Positions 1 through 11,002 of a stretch of DNA of 56,688 nt are shown one piece after another. The notes beneath the pieces are model-generated. The model was not told the origin of the DNA. It saw only the letters and a list, made by a program, of their open reading frames with translations, and ran no database searches. Where the stretch lies: contig DASXCR010000070.1 in the NCBI GenBank assembly GCA_036491075.1, positions 1 to 56,688 of the forward strand, given 5' to 3'. The position numbers were made by a program, and so were the translations under genes. Position 1 is the first letter of the stretch. Each line of letters starts with the position of its first letter. The stretch comes from Solirubrobacteraceae bacterium (GTDB taxonomy: Bacteria > Actinomycetota > Thermoleophilia > Solirubrobacterales > Solirubrobacteraceae).

Positions 1-1188
1 CGTCGCGATCGCGATCTGCGGATCGACCTTCGACGCGCCGGACGCCGGCGCCGGCGCGGTCGTCGTGCGATCGGCGCTCGCGGGCTTGCCGCCGCCGCCT
101 GACAGCAGCAGCGCGGCCAGGACGCCCGCGACGACGACGAGCGCTCCCAGCAGCAGGAGCGGACGGCGGGCGATCCCCCCGAGGCCGCCGCTGCCGGCGA
201 GCCTCCCGGTGACGGCGGTCTCGCCGAGGCCGGGCCCGACGCCTGGATCGGGCGACGCGCGCGTCTCGCCCTCGTGGGATGGCAGGCTCGCGCGCGCCGT
301 CGGCAGCGTCTGCGGCGTGCCCTCCGGCGCCGCCTCCCCACGCGCGACGTTGCGCTCGGGCCCCGTCGCGCCGCTGCGCCCGGCCGCCGCGAGCGCCGCG
401 CGACCGAGGTCGCCGGCCGACGGGTAGCGGTCGGCCGGGTCCTTCGACAGCGCCCGCTCCACGACGGCCGCGAACTCCGGCGGCACGCGATCGGTCGGCG
501 GTGGCGCGTTGAGATGCGCCCACAGCGTCGCCTCGTCGGAGTCGCGCAGGTAGGGCGCCCCGCCGCTGAGCGCGTGCACGAGCACGCAGCCGAGCGCATA
601 GACGTCGGTCCGCGCGTCGACGCGCTCGCCGCGGATCTGCTCGGGCGCGACGAAGCCGAGCGTCCCGACCCAGCCGCCGGCGCGGCTCACGCCGCCGGTC
701 GAGGCCTCGCGCTTGGTCAGCCCGAAGTCCGTCAGGTAGGCGTGCTCGCCCTCCCCGAGCAGGACGTTCGCCGGCTTGACGTCGCGGTGCACCAGCCCGT
801 GCGCGTGAGCGGCGTCCAGCGCCCCGCCGATCTGCGACACGATCAGCGCCGCGCGCTCTGGATCCAGCGAGCCCTGGGCGCGCACGAGCGCGCGCAGGTC
901 GGGACCGTCGACGTAGCGCATGACGATGAACAGCACGCCCCCGCGCTCGCCCGCGTAGTACAGCGGGATCACGTGCGGGTGCTCGATCGACGCCGCGGCC
1001 TTGGACTCGGCGACGAAGCGCGCGCGGAAGTCGGGGTCGTCGGCGAGCGCCGGTGCGATCACCTTCAGCGCGACGACGCGGTCGAGGTCGAGGTCCGTCG
1101 CGCGATAGACGACGCCCATCCCGCCGCGACCGGCGAGCCCCTCGATGCGGTGGTTGACGAAGACGTCACCTGGCGCGAACTCCGGCAT
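1..1188 (-). CDS. Serine/threonine protein kinase (N-terminal part; C-terminus runs off the left window edge)
   Basis: Absent from the ORF track because there is no stop in the window. Reverse translation from ATG (1188-1186) gives MPEFAPGDVFVNHRIEGLAGRGGMGVVYRATDLDLDRVVALKVI...HRDVKPANVLL...DFGLTK...GTLGFVAPEQ, matching Hanks kinase subdomains I, II, VIb, VII and VIII. A Pro/Gly-rich linker and a hydrophobic LLLLGALVVVAGVLAALLL segment follow. Confidence 0.9.
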   Translation of the reverse strand, partial: MPEFAPGDVFVNHRIEGLAGRGGMGVVYRATDLDLDRVVALKVIAPALADDPDFRARFVAESKAAASIEHPHVIPLYYAGERGGVLFIVMRYVDGPDLRALVRAQGSLDPERAALIVSQIGGALDAAHAHGLVHRDVKPANVLLGEGEHAYLTDFGLTKREASTGGVSRAGGWVGTLGFVAPEQIRGERVDARTDVYALGCVLVHALSGGAPYLRDSDEATLWAHLNAPPPTDRVPPEFAAVVERALSKDPADRYPSAGDLGRAALAAAGRSGATGPERNVARGEAAPEGTPQTLPTARASLPSHEGETRASPDPGVGPGLGETAVTGRLAGSGGLGGIARRPLLLLGALVVVAGVLAALLLSGGGGKPASADRTTTAPAPASGASKVDPQIAIAT

Positions 1189-1249
1189 GCCCGCCAGACG
1201 CTACCCGGATGCCCGCAACCTTTGATTCGCACGTAACGTTCAGCACACC

Positions 1250-2578
1250 ATGCGCACCCTCGCCCGCCACCCCCTGGTCGTCGCCCTGCTCGCGACGCTC
1301 GCCGCCACGACCGCCGCCGCGCCCGCCGTGGCCGCGAGCAGCTGGACCAAGCCACAGGCCTTCCCAGTCGGCAGGAACTACGAGCCGGTGCCGCGCGCCG
1401 CGATCGCGAGCGACGGCACGAGCGCGGTCGCCTACGAGTCCAAGTCGGGCAAGCTGATGCTCTCGACCGGACGCGCGAACGGGACCTTCACGGCCCCGAA
1501 GCCGATCGACCAGAAGGGCGCGCTGGACTGGTCGGTCGCCGCGCGCCCGGGTGGCGGCTTCGTCGTCGTCTGGGAGGACGGCGACGGGATCCGCGTCGCG
1601 GTGCGCGCGCGCAGCGGCGCGAAGACCGTCGTGCGGCGCGCGGTCGCGAGCAACGGCGAGGAGATCGACGGCGTCCAGGTCGCCGCCGACCCGCTCGGCG
1701 GCTGGGTCGTCGCCGAGCGCCAGTTCCGCAAGGGCGAGGGCGACCACTACTGGGTGCGGGCGTTCTCGCTCACCACGGCCGGCAAGCTCACCGGTGCGGT
1801 GCAGGATCTCGGCCCGGGCCAGTTCGGCATCGACGCGCGCCCGACCCAGGCGCTCGCGGTCGACGCGCACGGCCGCGCGGTGCTCGCCTACCGCCAGGAG
1901 ATCCAGACGAAGGGCTCGCTCGCCTACCCGATCCTCGTCACGACGCGCCCGCACGGCGGCGCCTTCGCCGCGCCGGTGCAGCTCGGCGCCGCCGACGCCG
2001 CCGACCCGCGGGTCGCCGTCGGCAGCGGCGGGCGCGCGCTGATCGCCGCCACACAGGTCGTCAGCAGCGGCGACGCGGGCGAGTTCGGCAGCCCCGTCGT
2101 CGCGCGGGTCGGCCCGGCGGGCGCGCTCGGGACGCCATTCGGCCCCGCGATCTCCAACCCCGCTCGCGCGTTCGCGCCGAGCGCGGCGCTGACGAGCCAG
2201 GGCCGCGCGGTGCTCGTCTACCAGCAGAAGCAGTCCTCGCAGCCGTTTGAGACGCGCGCGCCCGTGTTCGCCGTCGCGATCGCCGCCGGCGGCACGGTCG
2301 GTCCGATCCAGACGCTGACGACGGGCCTCGCGAAGGAGCCGGTCGTGATGGCGCTCAGCGGTGGCCGCGCGCTGACCGTGTGGTCGGGCGCGAAGGGCAT
2401 CGGCGCGTCGCTCGCGGGGCCCGACGGCGCCTTCGAGAAGACGGCCGAGCCGAAGGGCCCGCCCCCGCCCGCGTTCCACACGAACTCGACCAACCGCGAC
2501 CTGCGCACCGGCGGGCGCTGGGCGATCTTCACCTGGGAGGCGAACGGGCGCGTCTACAGCGCCGTGCGCGGGTTCTGA
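1250..2578 (+). CDS. Secreted hypothetical protein with repeated beta-strand (propeller-like) modules
   Basis: 442-aa ORF with strong GC3 bias. Signal peptide MRTLARHPLVVALLATLAATTAAAPAVAASS. About 7-8 recurring modules (GGFVVVWEDG, GGWVVAERQ, GRAVLAYRQ, GGRALIAATQ, QGRAVLVYQQ, GGRALTVWSG, GGRWAIFTWE). No catalytic motif recognised. Confidence 0.7.
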   Translation: MRTLARHPLVVALLATLAATTAAAPAVAASSWTKPQAFPVGRNYEPVPRAAIASDGTSAVAYESKSGKLMLSTGRANGTFTAPKPIDQKGALDWSVAARPGGGFVVVWEDGDGIRVAVRARSGAKTVVRRAVASNGEEIDGVQVAADPLGGWVVAERQFRKGEGDHYWVRAFSLTTAGKLTGAVQDLGPGQFGIDARPTQALAVDAHGRAVLAYRQEIQTKGSLAYPILVTTRPHGGAFAAPVQLGAADAADPRVAVGSGGRALIAATQVVSSGDAGEFGSPVVARVGPAGALGTPFGPAISNPARAFAPSAALTSQGRAVLVYQQKQSSQPFETRAPVFAVAIAAGGTVGPIQTLTTGLAKEPVVMALSGGRALTVWSGAKGIGASLAGPDGAFEKTAEPKGPPPPAFHTNSTNRDLRTGGRWAIFTWEANGRVYSAVRGF

Positions 2579-2650
2579 CGGTCGGCGGGCAACCTGGCGC
2601 GGAGCACCCCTCGTGCCCATCCCGACCGCGCTGGTAGGATTACCGACAGC

Positions 2651-3133
2651 ATGTTCTTCACGACCAAAGCCGAGTACGGCGTCCGGCTGCTGATCGAGCT
2701 CGGGCGCCAGCCAGGCCACCAGCCGGTATCGCTGAAGGCGATCGCCGACGCCGAGAACCTGCCGCTCGCCTATCTCGAGCGGATCGTCGCGCTACTGCGC
2801 CGAGCGAACCTCGTCGAGAGCACGCGCGGCGCCCACGGCGGCTACCAGCTGTCGCGCGCACCCGAGGACATCGCGATGAACGAGGTCGTCCTCGCGCTCG
2901 AGGGGACCGTCGCCCCGATGGAGTGCTTCGTCGAGGAGGACGGCGACGGCCGCGTGCTGTGCTCGCACCACGACGACTCCGGCCGCGGTTGCGCCACCAA
3001 GCTGCTCTGGACGCGCGTCCAGGCGAACGTCCTCAAGACGCTCGCCGACACGACGCTCGCCGAGCTCGTCGAGTTTCAGACCGGCCACGTCGCGCCCGCG
3101 CGCGAGCCCGAGCCGGCAACGACCACCGTCTAA
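2651..3133 (+). CDS. Rrf2 family transcriptional regulator (IscR/SufR-like position)
   Basis: MFFTTKAEYGVRLLIELGR...SLKAIADAENLPLAYLERIVALLRRANLVESTRGAHGGYQL is a typical Rrf2 winged HTH. Cys residues (CFVEE...CSHH...C) could ligate a cluster. Sits directly upstream of sufC. Confidence 0.9.
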   Translation: MFFTTKAEYGVRLLIELGRQPGHQPVSLKAIADAENLPLAYLERIVALLRRANLVESTRGAHGGYQLSRAPEDIAMNEVVLALEGTVAPMECFVEEDGDGRVLCSHHDDSGRGCATKLLWTRVQANVLKTLADTTLAELVEFQTGHVAPAREPEPATTTV

Positions 3134-3147
3134 GACCCAAGGAGACC

Positions 3148-3912
3148 ATGCCCGAGCTCGAGATCCGCAACCTCCATGTCCAGGCCGAGGACAAGCAGAT
3201 CCTCAAGGGCGTCAACCTGACCGTCGCCTCCGGCGAGATCCACGCGCTGATGGGCCCCAACGGATCCGGCAAGTCCACGCTCGCCAACGCGGTCATGGGC
3301 CACCCGAACCTCACCGTGACCGACGGCCAGATCATCTTCGACGGCCAGGACATCACCGAGGCCGACACCGACGAGCGCGCCCGGATGGGCCTCTTCATGG
3401 CGTTCCAGTATCCCGTCTCGATCCCCGGCGTCACGATCACGAAGTACCTGCGAATGGTCATAAACGCCCACCGCGAGGCGCGCGGCGAGGCCGACATCTC
3501 GCTGAAGGAGTTCCGCAAGACCGTCGAGGCCGCGATGGAGCTCGTCAACGTGCCACGCGAGTTCAGCTCGCGCTATCTCAACGAGGGCTTCTCCGGCGGC
3601 GAGAAGAAGCGCCTGGAGATCCTCCAGATGGCGCTCCAGAAGCCGCAGCTGGCGATTCTGGACGAGACCGACTCGGGCCTGGACATTGACGCGCTGAACG
3701 TCGTCGCCCACGGCGTCAACACGGTCGCCGACGGCCACATGGCCGTGCTGATCATCACGCACCGTCAGCACATCCTGCACATGGTGAAGCCGACCCGCGT
3801 CTCGATCATGTTCGACGGACGGATCGCCACCGAGGGCGGCCCGGAGCTCGTCGATCGCCTCGAGGCCGAGGGCTACGCGCAGATCCGCGAAGAGTACGCG
3901 GCGACGGTCTGA
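3148..3912 (+). CDS. sufC: Fe-S cluster assembly ATPase SufC
   Basis: Starts at [24 protein letters not shown], inside the longer ORF 2923..3912. Walker [10 protein letters not shown], signature FSGGEKKR, Walker [16 protein letters not shown]-type SD at 3141-3144. Confidence 0.95.
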   Translation: MPELEIRNLHVQAEDKQILKGVNLTVASGEIHALMGPNGSGKSTLANAVMGHPNLTVTDGQIIFDGQDITEADTDERARMGLFMAFQYPVSIPGVTITKYLRMVINAHREARGEADISLKEFRKTVEAAMELVNVPREFSSRYLNEGFSGGEKKRLEILQMALQKPQLAILDETDSGLDIDALNVVAHGVNTVADGHMAVLIITHRQHILHMVKPTRVSIMFDGRIATEGGPELVDRLEAEGYAQIREEYAATV

Positions 3913-3914
3913 GC

Positions 3915-5132
3915 ATGAGCACGATCGCCGACACTCCGCTGGCCACCGGGTTCCCGTCGCTTCAGCGCGAGAGCACCGTCTACCTCGACTCGGCCGCGAC
4001 ATCGCAGACGCCGCGCCCCGTGCTCGACGCGATGAACGACTACTACGAGCATCATCGTGGGACCGTCCACCGCAGCGTGTATCCGCTCGCCGCCGAGGCG
4101 ACGGAGCTCTTCGAGGGCGCGCGCGACCGCATCGCGGCGTGGCTGAACTGGCCCGCCCGCGCGACGATCTTCACGAAGAACGCGACCGAGGCGCTCAACC
4201 TCGTCGCCTACTCGTGGGGTCGCGCGAACGTCGGCCCCGGCGACACCGTGGTCGTGTCCGAGATGGAGCATCACTCGAACTTCGTGCCGTGGCACATGCT
4301 CTGCAAGGAGATCGGCGCGAACTTCGAGGTCGTCGGCGTCGACGACGAGGCGATCCTGAAGCTCGACGACCTCGACCGCCACCTCGCGACCGGCACGGTG
4401 AAGCTCGTCGCCGTGGGGCATGTCTCCAACGCCGCCGGGACGATCAACCCGGTCGCCGAGATCGTCGCGCGCTCGCACGCCGCCGGCGCCGTCGTCTGCA
4501 TCGACGGCTCGCAGGCGATCCCGCAGTTCGCGGTCGACGTCGGCGAGCTCGACGCCGACTTCTACGTCTGGACCGGCCACAAGATCTACGGCCCGACGGG
4601 GATCGGCGTGCTGCACGGGCGTCCCGAGATCCTCGACGCGATGCCGCCGTTCCTCGGCGGCGGCCACATGATCGCGAACGTCACGATCGAGGAGATCCGC
4701 TTCGGCACGCTGCCGGCGAAGTTCGAGGCCGGCACGCTGCAGGTCGCCGAGGGCATCGGCCTCGGCGCCGCCGTCGACTTCCTCGACGGGCTCGGCATGG
4801 ACAACGTCCGCGCGCACGAGAAGGAGATCTGCGCGTACGCGCTGCAGTGCCTGCAGGAGGTGCCCGGCCTGAAGATCATGGGACCCCTGGACGCCGACCG
4901 CCGCGGCGCGCTCGTCGCGTTCACGATCGAGGGCATCCACCCGCACGACGTGGCCGAGATCCTCGGCGACAGCGGGGTCTGCGTGCGCGCGGGCCATCAC
5001 TGCGCACAGCCGCTGATGAAGCGCTTCGACGTCGCCGCGACGACGCGGGCGTCGTTCGCGGTTCACACAACGCGCGCCGACATCGACGCACTCGTCGACG
5101 CGATCCACGAGGTTCGGAGGATCTTCGCATGA
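3915..5132 (+). CDS. sufS: Cysteine desulfurase SufS (class V aminotransferase fold)
   Basis: 405 aa. [26 protein letters not shown] (PLP lysine) and [10 protein letters not shown] (catalytic Cys loop) are typical of group II desulfurases. Confidence 0.9.
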   Translation: MSTIADTPLATGFPSLQRESTVYLDSAATSQTPRPVLDAMNDYYEHHRGTVHRSVYPLAAEATELFEGARDRIAAWLNWPARATIFTKNATEALNLVAYSWGRANVGPGDTVVVSEMEHHSNFVPWHMLCKEIGANFEVVGVDDEAILKLDDLDRHLATGTVKLVAVGHVSNAAGTINPVAEIVARSHAAGAVVCIDGSQAIPQFAVDVGELDADFYVWTGHKIYGPTGIGVLHGRPEILDAMPPFLGGGHMIANVTIEEIRFGTLPAKFEAGTLQVAEGIGLGAAVDFLDGLGMDNVRAHEKEICAYALQCLQEVPGLKIMGPLDADRRGALVAFTIEGIHPHDVAEILGDSGVCVRAGHHCAQPLMKRFDVAATTRASFAVHTTRADIDALVDAIHEVRRIFA

Positions 5133-5560
5133 GCGCCAACATGGAGAGCATCTACCGCGAGGAGATCCTCGAGCACTACAAGCGCCCCCACAACTGGGGC
5201 CACCTCGATCCGCACGACCTGTCCTTCGAGGACACCAACCCGCTGTGCGGCGACGAGCTGAAGGTCGAGATCAAGGTCGACGGCGACAACAAGATCGAGG
5301 ACGTGCGCTTCTCGGGGCACGGCTGCGCGATCTCGCAGGCGTCGGCGTCGATGGCGTCCGACGAGGTCAAGGGGATGGCGATCGAGGAGCTGCTGAAGCT
5401 CGATCGCCAGTACATCCTGGACCTGCTCGGCATCAAGATCTCCGCGACGCGGATGAAGTGCGCGCTGCTGACCCTGAAGGTGCTCAAGGGCGCGGCGCTC
5501 GGCCAGGCCGTCGACTGGGAGCCGGCGACCCCGAAGAGCGAGGCCGAAGCCGGTCGCTGA
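5129..5560 (+). CDS. sufU: SufU/IscU-type sulfur acceptor/scaffold protein
   Basis: [24 protein letters not shown]...NPLCGDEL...[15 protein letters not shown] matches the SufU family. Its ATG overlaps the sufS stop (ATGA). Confidence 0.9.
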   Translation: MSANMESIYREEILEHYKRPHNWGHLDPHDLSFEDTNPLCGDELKVEIKVDGDNKIEDVRFSGHGCAISQASASMASDEVKGMAIEELLKLDRQYILDLLGIKISATRMKCALLTLKVLKGAALGQAVDWEPATPKSEAEAGR

Positions 5561-5572
5561 AGGCGATCGCCG

Positions 5573-6532
5573 CTACCACAGGCCCGAGAACCGGTGGCGC
5601 GCGCTGCGCGTCGCGACGAAGGGGTGCTCGTAGCGGCGCTGGAACGCCGGCGTCAGGGGCGGCCGGAAGAGGCTGCTCAGGTCGACGCCCCAGCGCCCGT
5701 CCCACGCGTTCCACGACGCCGGCGCGCCCTGTGCCTCGGGCAGCAGGTCGATGCAGCGCCGATCGCAGGTCGCCGGGTCGTTGGCGACCCACGGGCTGGC
5801 GCCGTCGTAGCGGCCCTCCGGGCTCAGGGTCCGCGTCTGCGTGCACGCGCGTGCACACGCGCGCGGGTAGGCGGCATGGCTCCCGCGGGCGAGGTAGACG
5901 CGCACGTGGCGCCCGCCGTCCAGGCGGGCGACGCCGTCGTCGTAGCGCCAGATGCTCGCGTGCGCCGCGAAGTGCACCTCCTCGACGCGCCGGCCCGTCG
6001 CGTCCACGACCACCGTCACGCCCTCCCAGTCGCCCTCGTGCTGGTCGAGCAGGAACGCGTTGTAGCGCAGAAACCACCAGTAGTCGATCGCGATCCGCGT
6101 GCGCTCGGTCGTCACGTGCGCGTAGATCCGCGTGCGCCCGCCCTCGTCGCAGTCAAGCAGCGCCGGCTTGGACCTCGCGCACGTCTGCAGGTCGGGTGCC
6201 GTCGCGTCGGCGCCGCCGGCGCTCGTCCCGCGCAGGTCGAGGTACGCCACCGCCGGCGTCAGCTGCGCGACCGACGTCAGCGGCGCGCAGACCGGGGTGC
6301 CGGACGCGGCGCTGCACGCCCGATGGCCCGGCTCGGCGAGGAACGCGTCGACGTCGATCGGGCGCCACGGCTCGCCGCGGTCGAAGAGCAGGTGCGGCTG
6401 GAAGCGCAGCGCGAGATCCAGCGGGGTGACCGTGCGCGCCGTCGCGCCGGCGGGAACGCCACCGGCGATCAGGCACAGCGCGCTCGCCATCGCGATGCGC
6501 GCTCGCCATCGTCGTGCACGGTCGGCGGGCAT
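5573..6532 (-). CDS. Secreted hypothetical protein, Vps62/DUF946-like motif
   Basis: 319 aa with signal-like N-terminus RARIAMASALCLIAGGVPAGATA. The central stretch IYAHVTTERTRIAIDYWWFLRYNAFLLDQHEGDWEGVTVVVD resembles the Vps62 family core. Trp-rich, with good GC3 bias. Confidence 0.6.
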   Translation of the reverse strand: MPADRARRWRARIAMASALCLIAGGVPAGATARTVTPLDLALRFQPHLLFDRGEPWRPIDVDAFLAEPGHRACSAASGTPVCAPLTSVAQLTPAVAYLDLRGTSAGGADATAPDLQTCARSKPALLDCDEGGRTRIYAHVTTERTRIAIDYWWFLRYNAFLLDQHEGDWEGVTVVVDATGRRVEEVHFAAHASIWRYDDGVARLDGGRHVRVYLARGSHAAYPRACARACTQTRTLSPEGRYDGASPWVANDPATCDRRCIDLLPEAQGAPASWNAWDGRWGVDLSSLFRPPLTPAFQRRYEHPFVATRSARHRFSGLW

Positions 6533-6686
6533 CGGCCAGCGAGCCTATCCGCCGCCCGTCGCGGGCCTCGCCGCGCGCCCGGGTCTGGCGGTCCGGCGCT
6601 CTACCACGGCTCCGGGGTGCGGCGCTACACTCCAGAGAGGCAAATCCGAGCGCGCCGGAAGGGATTGCGTCCGGAACCCAGCATCC

Positions 6687-7004
6687 ATGACCGAGACCAT
6701 CGACATCTGCCCCCTCTCCGAGCTGCCGCCAGGTGCGGCGCGCGTCGTCGAGTGGGAAGACCTCGAGATCGGCATCTTCAACTGCAACGGGACCCTCTTC
6801 GCGATCGAGGACCGCTGCTCGCACGACGACGGCACGCTCGCCGAGGGCGACGTCGACCAGGACGCCTGCACGGTCGAGTGCCCGCGTCACGGTTCGCTCT
6901 TCGATCTCCGTACCGGAACGCCCAAGACCCTGCCCGCCTACGTCCCCGTCGAGACGTTCGACGTCCGGGTCGAGGACGACATGATCAAGCTGGAGGTGCA
7001 GTAA
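6687..7004 (+). CDS. Rieske-type [2Fe-2S] ferredoxin domain protein
   Basis: [16 protein letters not shown]...CSHDDGTL...[13 protein letters not shown] contains the CxH...CxxH Rieske motifs. Real start lies inside ORF 6132..7004. Immediately upstream of sufB. Confidence 0.85.
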   Translation: MTETIDICPLSELPPGAARVVEWEDLEIGIFNCNGTLFAIEDRCSHDDGTLAEGDVDQDACTVECPRHGSLFDLRTGTPKTLPAYVPVETFDVRVEDDMIKLEVQ

Positions 7005-7008
7005 CCAC

Positions 7009-8445
7009 ATGGCCACGACTCCCGAGACCATCGCCGAGCAAGCGGGCCTTCAGGGCATCAACTCCGACTACACGGAGAAGTACGGCTTCCATGACGCCGA
7101 GAACTACCTCTACAAGGCGCCGAAGGGTCTCTCCAAGGAGCTCGTCGCGAAGATCTCGGAGTTCAAGTCCGAGCCGGCCTGGATGCTCGAGTTCCGCCTC
7201 AAGGCGCTCGAGTACTTCTACGCCCGCTCGATGCCGACGTGGGGCTCGCCGCACCTCGCCGAGGTCAACTTCGACGACATCCACTACTTCGTGCGCGCCT
7301 CCGAGAAGGCCGAGCGCTCGTGGGACGACGTCCCCGACGACGTCAAGAAGACCTTCGACCGCCTCGGCATCCCGGAGGCCGAGCGCAAGTTCCTCGCCGG
7401 CGTCGGCGCGCAGTACGAGTCCGAGGTCGTCTACCACCAGATCAACGAGAAGCTCGAGGCGCAGGGCGTCATCTTCATGGACATGGACTCGGGGCTGCGC
7501 GAGCACGAGGAGCTCGTCCGCGAGTACTTCGCCACGATCATCCCGCCCAACGACAACAAGCTCGCGGCGCTCAACAGCGCGGTCTGGTCGGGAGGCTCGT
7601 TCGTCTACGTCCCGCCGGGCGTCCACATCGAGATGCCGCTGCAGGCCTACTTCCGCATCAACACGGAGAACATGGGCCAGTTCGAGCGCACGCTGATCAT
7701 CGCCGACGAGGGCTCGTTCGTGCACTACGTCGAGGGCTGCACGGCGCCGACGTACTCCTCGGACTCGCTGCACTCCGCCGTCGTCGAGCTGATCGCCAAG
7801 CCGGGCGCGCGGATCCGCTACACGACGGTGCAGAACTGGTCGACGAACGTCTTCAACCTCGTCACCAAGCGCGCGATCGCCGAGCGCGACGCGACCGTCG
7901 AGTGGGTCGACTGCAACCTCGGCTCGAAGCTCACGATGAAGTACCCGTCGGTCTACCTGACCGGCGAGCGCGCGCACGGCGAGATCCTGTCGATCGCCTT
8001 CGCGGGCGCCGGCCAGCACCAGGACGCGGGCGGCAAGATCATCCATGCGGCGCCGAACACGACATCGAACATCTTCGCCAAGTCGATCTCCAAGGACGGC
8101 GGGCGCGGCTCGTATCGCGGCCTGCTCGAGGTCGCCAAGGGCGCGCACGGCTCGAAGAGCAAGGTCGTCTGCGACGCGCTGCTGCTCGACGACAAGTCGC
8201 GTTCGGACACGTACCCGACGATCCGCATCGGCGAGGACGACGTCGACGTCGGCCACGAGGCGACCGTCTCGAAGGTCGGCGAGGAGCAGCTCTTCTACCT
8301 CATGACGCACGGCCTGAACGAGGAGGAGGCGTCCAAGCTGATCGTCAACGGCTTCATCGAGCCGATCGTCAAGGAGCTGCCGATGGAGTACGCCGTCGAG
8401 ATGAACCGGCTCATCGAACTGCAGATGGAGGGCTCAATTGGCTAG
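7009..8445 (+). CDS. sufB: Fe-S cluster assembly scaffold SufB
   Basis: 478 aa. [35 protein letters not shown] and [26 protein letters not shown] are typical SufB blocks. Confidence 0.95.
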   Translation: MATTPETIAEQAGLQGINSDYTEKYGFHDAENYLYKAPKGLSKELVAKISEFKSEPAWMLEFRLKALEYFYARSMPTWGSPHLAEVNFDDIHYFVRASEKAERSWDDVPDDVKKTFDRLGIPEAERKFLAGVGAQYESEVVYHQINEKLEAQGVIFMDMDSGLREHEELVREYFATIIPPNDNKLAALNSAVWSGGSFVYVPPGVHIEMPLQAYFRINTENMGQFERTLIIADEGSFVHYVEGCTAPTYSSDSLHSAVVELIAKPGARIRYTTVQNWSTNVFNLVTKRAIAERDATVEWVDCNLGSKLTMKYPSVYLTGERAHGEILSIAFAGAGQHQDAGGKIIHAAPNTTSNIFAKSISKDGGRGSYRGLLEVAKGAHGSKSKVVCDALLLDDKSRSDTYPTIRIGEDDVDVGHEATVSKVGEEQLFYLMTHGLNEEEASKLIVNGFIEPIVKELPMEYAVEMNRLIELQMEGSIG

Positions 8446-9703
8446 CCGGACCCTGATCGAGCCCGCATGGCTGACGGCGCGCCGCGAGCGCGCCGTCGGT
8501 CTGAGGGACAGCCTCCCGCTGCCGTCGTTTCGCGGCAACCCGGGCTGGGAGTTCACGTCGCTGCGCAAGCTCGACCTCGACGCCTTCGAGAAGCCGGCGC
8601 GGATCGGCGCGCATCTCGACGTCCCGTCGCTGTCGGTCGTCGACGCGCCCCAGGGCGCGACGCGCCTGGAGCAGGTCGACGGCGCGTTCGAGGGCTCCGC
8701 GTCGACCGACGGCTTGGGCGAGGGCGTCGTCGTGCTCCCGCTGAGCCTCGCGGTGCAGCAGCACCCCGAGCTCGTCGAGCGGTACTTCGGTACGGTCGTC
8801 GACGCCGAGGACCCGTTCGTCGCGCGCAACGAGGCGGGCTGGGAGGGCGGCGCGTTCGTCTATGTCCCGCGCGGCGTGGCCGTCGAGGCGCCGATCGTCG
8901 TGACCGTCGTGCAGGCTCAGGGCCAGACCGCGTTGCAGTGGCGCACGCTCGTCGTGCTCGAGGAGGGCGCGTCGGCCGAGGTCTGGGAGCAGTACGTCTC
9001 CGCCGACGACGACACCGACGGCCTGCTGAACACGGTCGTCGAGCTGTCGGTCGGCCAGAACGCGCGGCTGCGCTACGTCTGCGCGCAAGGGCTCAGCGAG
9101 AAGGCATGGATCTTCGGCACGCAGCGCGCCACCGTCGACCGCGACGGTGCGCTGGACTGGATCGCGCTGGGCTTCGGCGGCGGCAACGGGCGCGTCGCGA
9201 TGGACACGAAGCTGATCGGCCCGGGCGCCGACGCGAAGGTCACGGGCGCGTACGCGACGCACGGTCGCCAGCACCTCGACTACGCGACGACGCAGGTCCA
9301 CGACGCGCCGAACACGACGTCGGACCTCGCCTTCCGCGGGATCCTCGACGGGCGCTCGAACACGGTCTGGTCGGGGATGATCAAGGTCGAGCCGGGGGCG
9401 CAGCAGATCGACGCCTTCCAGGAGTCGCGCAACCTGCTGCTGACGAAGACCGCGCACGCCGACTCCGTCCCGGGCCTGGAGATCCTCGCCAACGACGTGC
9501 GCTGCACGCACGCGGCGGCGATCGCGCAGATCGACCTCGAGCAGCTCTTCTACCTGCGCTCGCGCGGGCTGCCGCCGGAGAAGGCCAAGCGGCTGGTCAT
9601 CGAGGGCTTCCTCGAGGCGACCGTCGAGCGCTTCGAGCAGGGCTTCGTGCGCGAGGCGATCGCGGGCGCGCTCGAGCGGCGCCTGGAGCTCGTGCTCGGC
9701 TAG
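8438..9703 (+). CDS. sufD: Fe-S cluster assembly protein SufD
   Basis: 421 aa with a TTG start overlapping the sufB end. [39 protein letters not shown] and IEGFL match the SufB/SufD family C-terminal beta-helix. Confidence 0.9.
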   Translation: MASRTLIEPAWLTARRERAVGLRDSLPLPSFRGNPGWEFTSLRKLDLDAFEKPARIGAHLDVPSLSVVDAPQGATRLEQVDGAFEGSASTDGLGEGVVVLPLSLAVQQHPELVERYFGTVVDAEDPFVARNEAGWEGGAFVYVPRGVAVEAPIVVTVVQAQGQTALQWRTLVVLEEGASAEVWEQYVSADDDTDGLLNTVVELSVGQNARLRYVCAQGLSEKAWIFGTQRATVDRDGALDWIALGFGGGNGRVAMDTKLIGPGADAKVTGAYATHGRQHLDYATTQVHDAPNTTSDLAFRGILDGRSNTVWSGMIKVEPGAQQIDAFQESRNLLLTKTAHADSVPGLEILANDVRCTHAAAIAQIDLEQLFYLRSRGLPPEKAKRLVIEGFLEATVERFEQGFVREAIAGALERRLELVLG

Positions 9704-9821
9704 CGCCCCCCGCGGGCTGTGGCGAATCGTGACCGCCATCCGGTCACCGTTCGCCCCAACCGCGTGTCTCGCCGACGACGGCAGCGGGTTGGACGCGCCC
9801 GCATCCGGTAGAACCAACCGC

Positions 9822-10949
9822 ATGGACGCCTGGATCGCCGCTGCCGCGCAGGAGATCGCCGCGCGCGCGCCCGAGGAGCTCGAGCGCCTCGTCGCGATCT
9901 CGTCGCCGTCGGGCGACGTCGCGGGCGCCGAAGCCGCGATCGCGCTGGCGCTGGAGCTGGTGCCCGCGGGCGTCGACGTCGAGCGCGCTCCCTGCTCGAC
10001 CGCCGGCCACGCCGATGACCTGATCGCGACGCTCGCCGGCAGTGGGAGCGGGCGCGTCGTCCTGCTCGGCCACGTCGACACGGTCCACGCGCACGAGGAC
10101 CACAGGCCCCTGCAGCGCGACGGCGCCAACCTCAGCGGCTCGGGATCGGTCGACATGAAGGGCGGCGACGTCCTGGCGCTCGGGGTCCTGCGCGCGCTCG
10201 CGCAGCGCACCGAGACGTTCTCCGAGGTCGCGCTGCTGCTCGTCTGCGACGAGGAGTGGCGGGCCGGCGACTTCGTCCACACCGAGCGCTTCGCGGGCTA
10301 CGACGCCTGTCTGTGCTTCGAGGGCGGCCAGCTCACCGAGAGCGGCGAGGAGGCCGTCGTCGTCAAGCGCAAGGCGGCGGGCACGCTGCGGGTGCTCGCG
10401 CACGGGCGCTCCGCGCACTCCGGAGCCGCGCCGGAGAAGGGCGCCAACGCGCTGCTCGCCCTCGCGAGCGCCGCCCAGTCGGTGGCCGGGCTGCACGACC
10501 CGAGCGGTCCAGCGCACCTCACGTCGGTACCGACCGTCGTGCGCAGCGGCGACGCGTTCAACGTCGTCCCGGCCGCGGGCGAGTTGCTGTGCGACCTGCG
10601 CGCGGACGAGCTCGGAACGTTCGACACGGTGCTCGCCGGCCTGCCGGCCAGCATCGACGGGGTGCGCCTCGAGGCCGCGTTCCTGCGCCGCTGGCCGGGG
10701 ATGGACGCGCTCCGCGCCACCGCGCCCATGCTCGAGGCCGCCGGCGAGCGCCTGGGCCGTCCGATCCGCGGCGCCGGCCGCGGAGGCGCCAGCGACGCGA
10801 GCTACCTGTCGGCGGTCATCGACGTCACCGTCGACGGGCTCGGCCCGCGTGGGGGCGGGGCTCATACGCCGCACGAGCACATCGTCGCGGCGTCGCTGCG
10901 CGAGCGCGCCGAGGTCGCGCTGGCGCTCGCCGCCGCTGTGCTCGCCTGA
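9822..10949 (+). CDS. M20 family metallopeptidase (carboxypeptidase G2-like)
   Basis: LLGHVDTVH...GSGSVDMKGG...LLLVCDEEWR...HSGAAPEKGANAL...GGASDASY are M20 metal-ligand blocks. Start is uncertain: ATG 9822 is preferred over GTG 9729. Confidence 0.8.
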   Translation: MDAWIAAAAQEIAARAPEELERLVAISSPSGDVAGAEAAIALALELVPAGVDVERAPCSTAGHADDLIATLAGSGSGRVVLLGHVDTVHAHEDHRPLQRDGANLSGSGSVDMKGGDVLALGVLRALAQRTETFSEVALLLVCDEEWRAGDFVHTERFAGYDACLCFEGGQLTESGEEAVVVKRKAAGTLRVLAHGRSAHSGAAPEKGANALLALASAAQSVAGLHDPSGPAHLTSVPTVVRSGDAFNVVPAAGELLCDLRADELGTFDTVLAGLPASIDGVRLEAAFLRRWPGMDALRATAPMLEAAGERLGRPIRGAGRGGASDASYLSAVIDVTVDGLGPRGGGAHTPHEHIVAASLRERAEVALALAAAVLA

Positions 10950-11002
10950 CCCGCGGTTACATCCTGTGCATAACAATCGACAACAAAGGTGCAAACGTCG
11001 GG

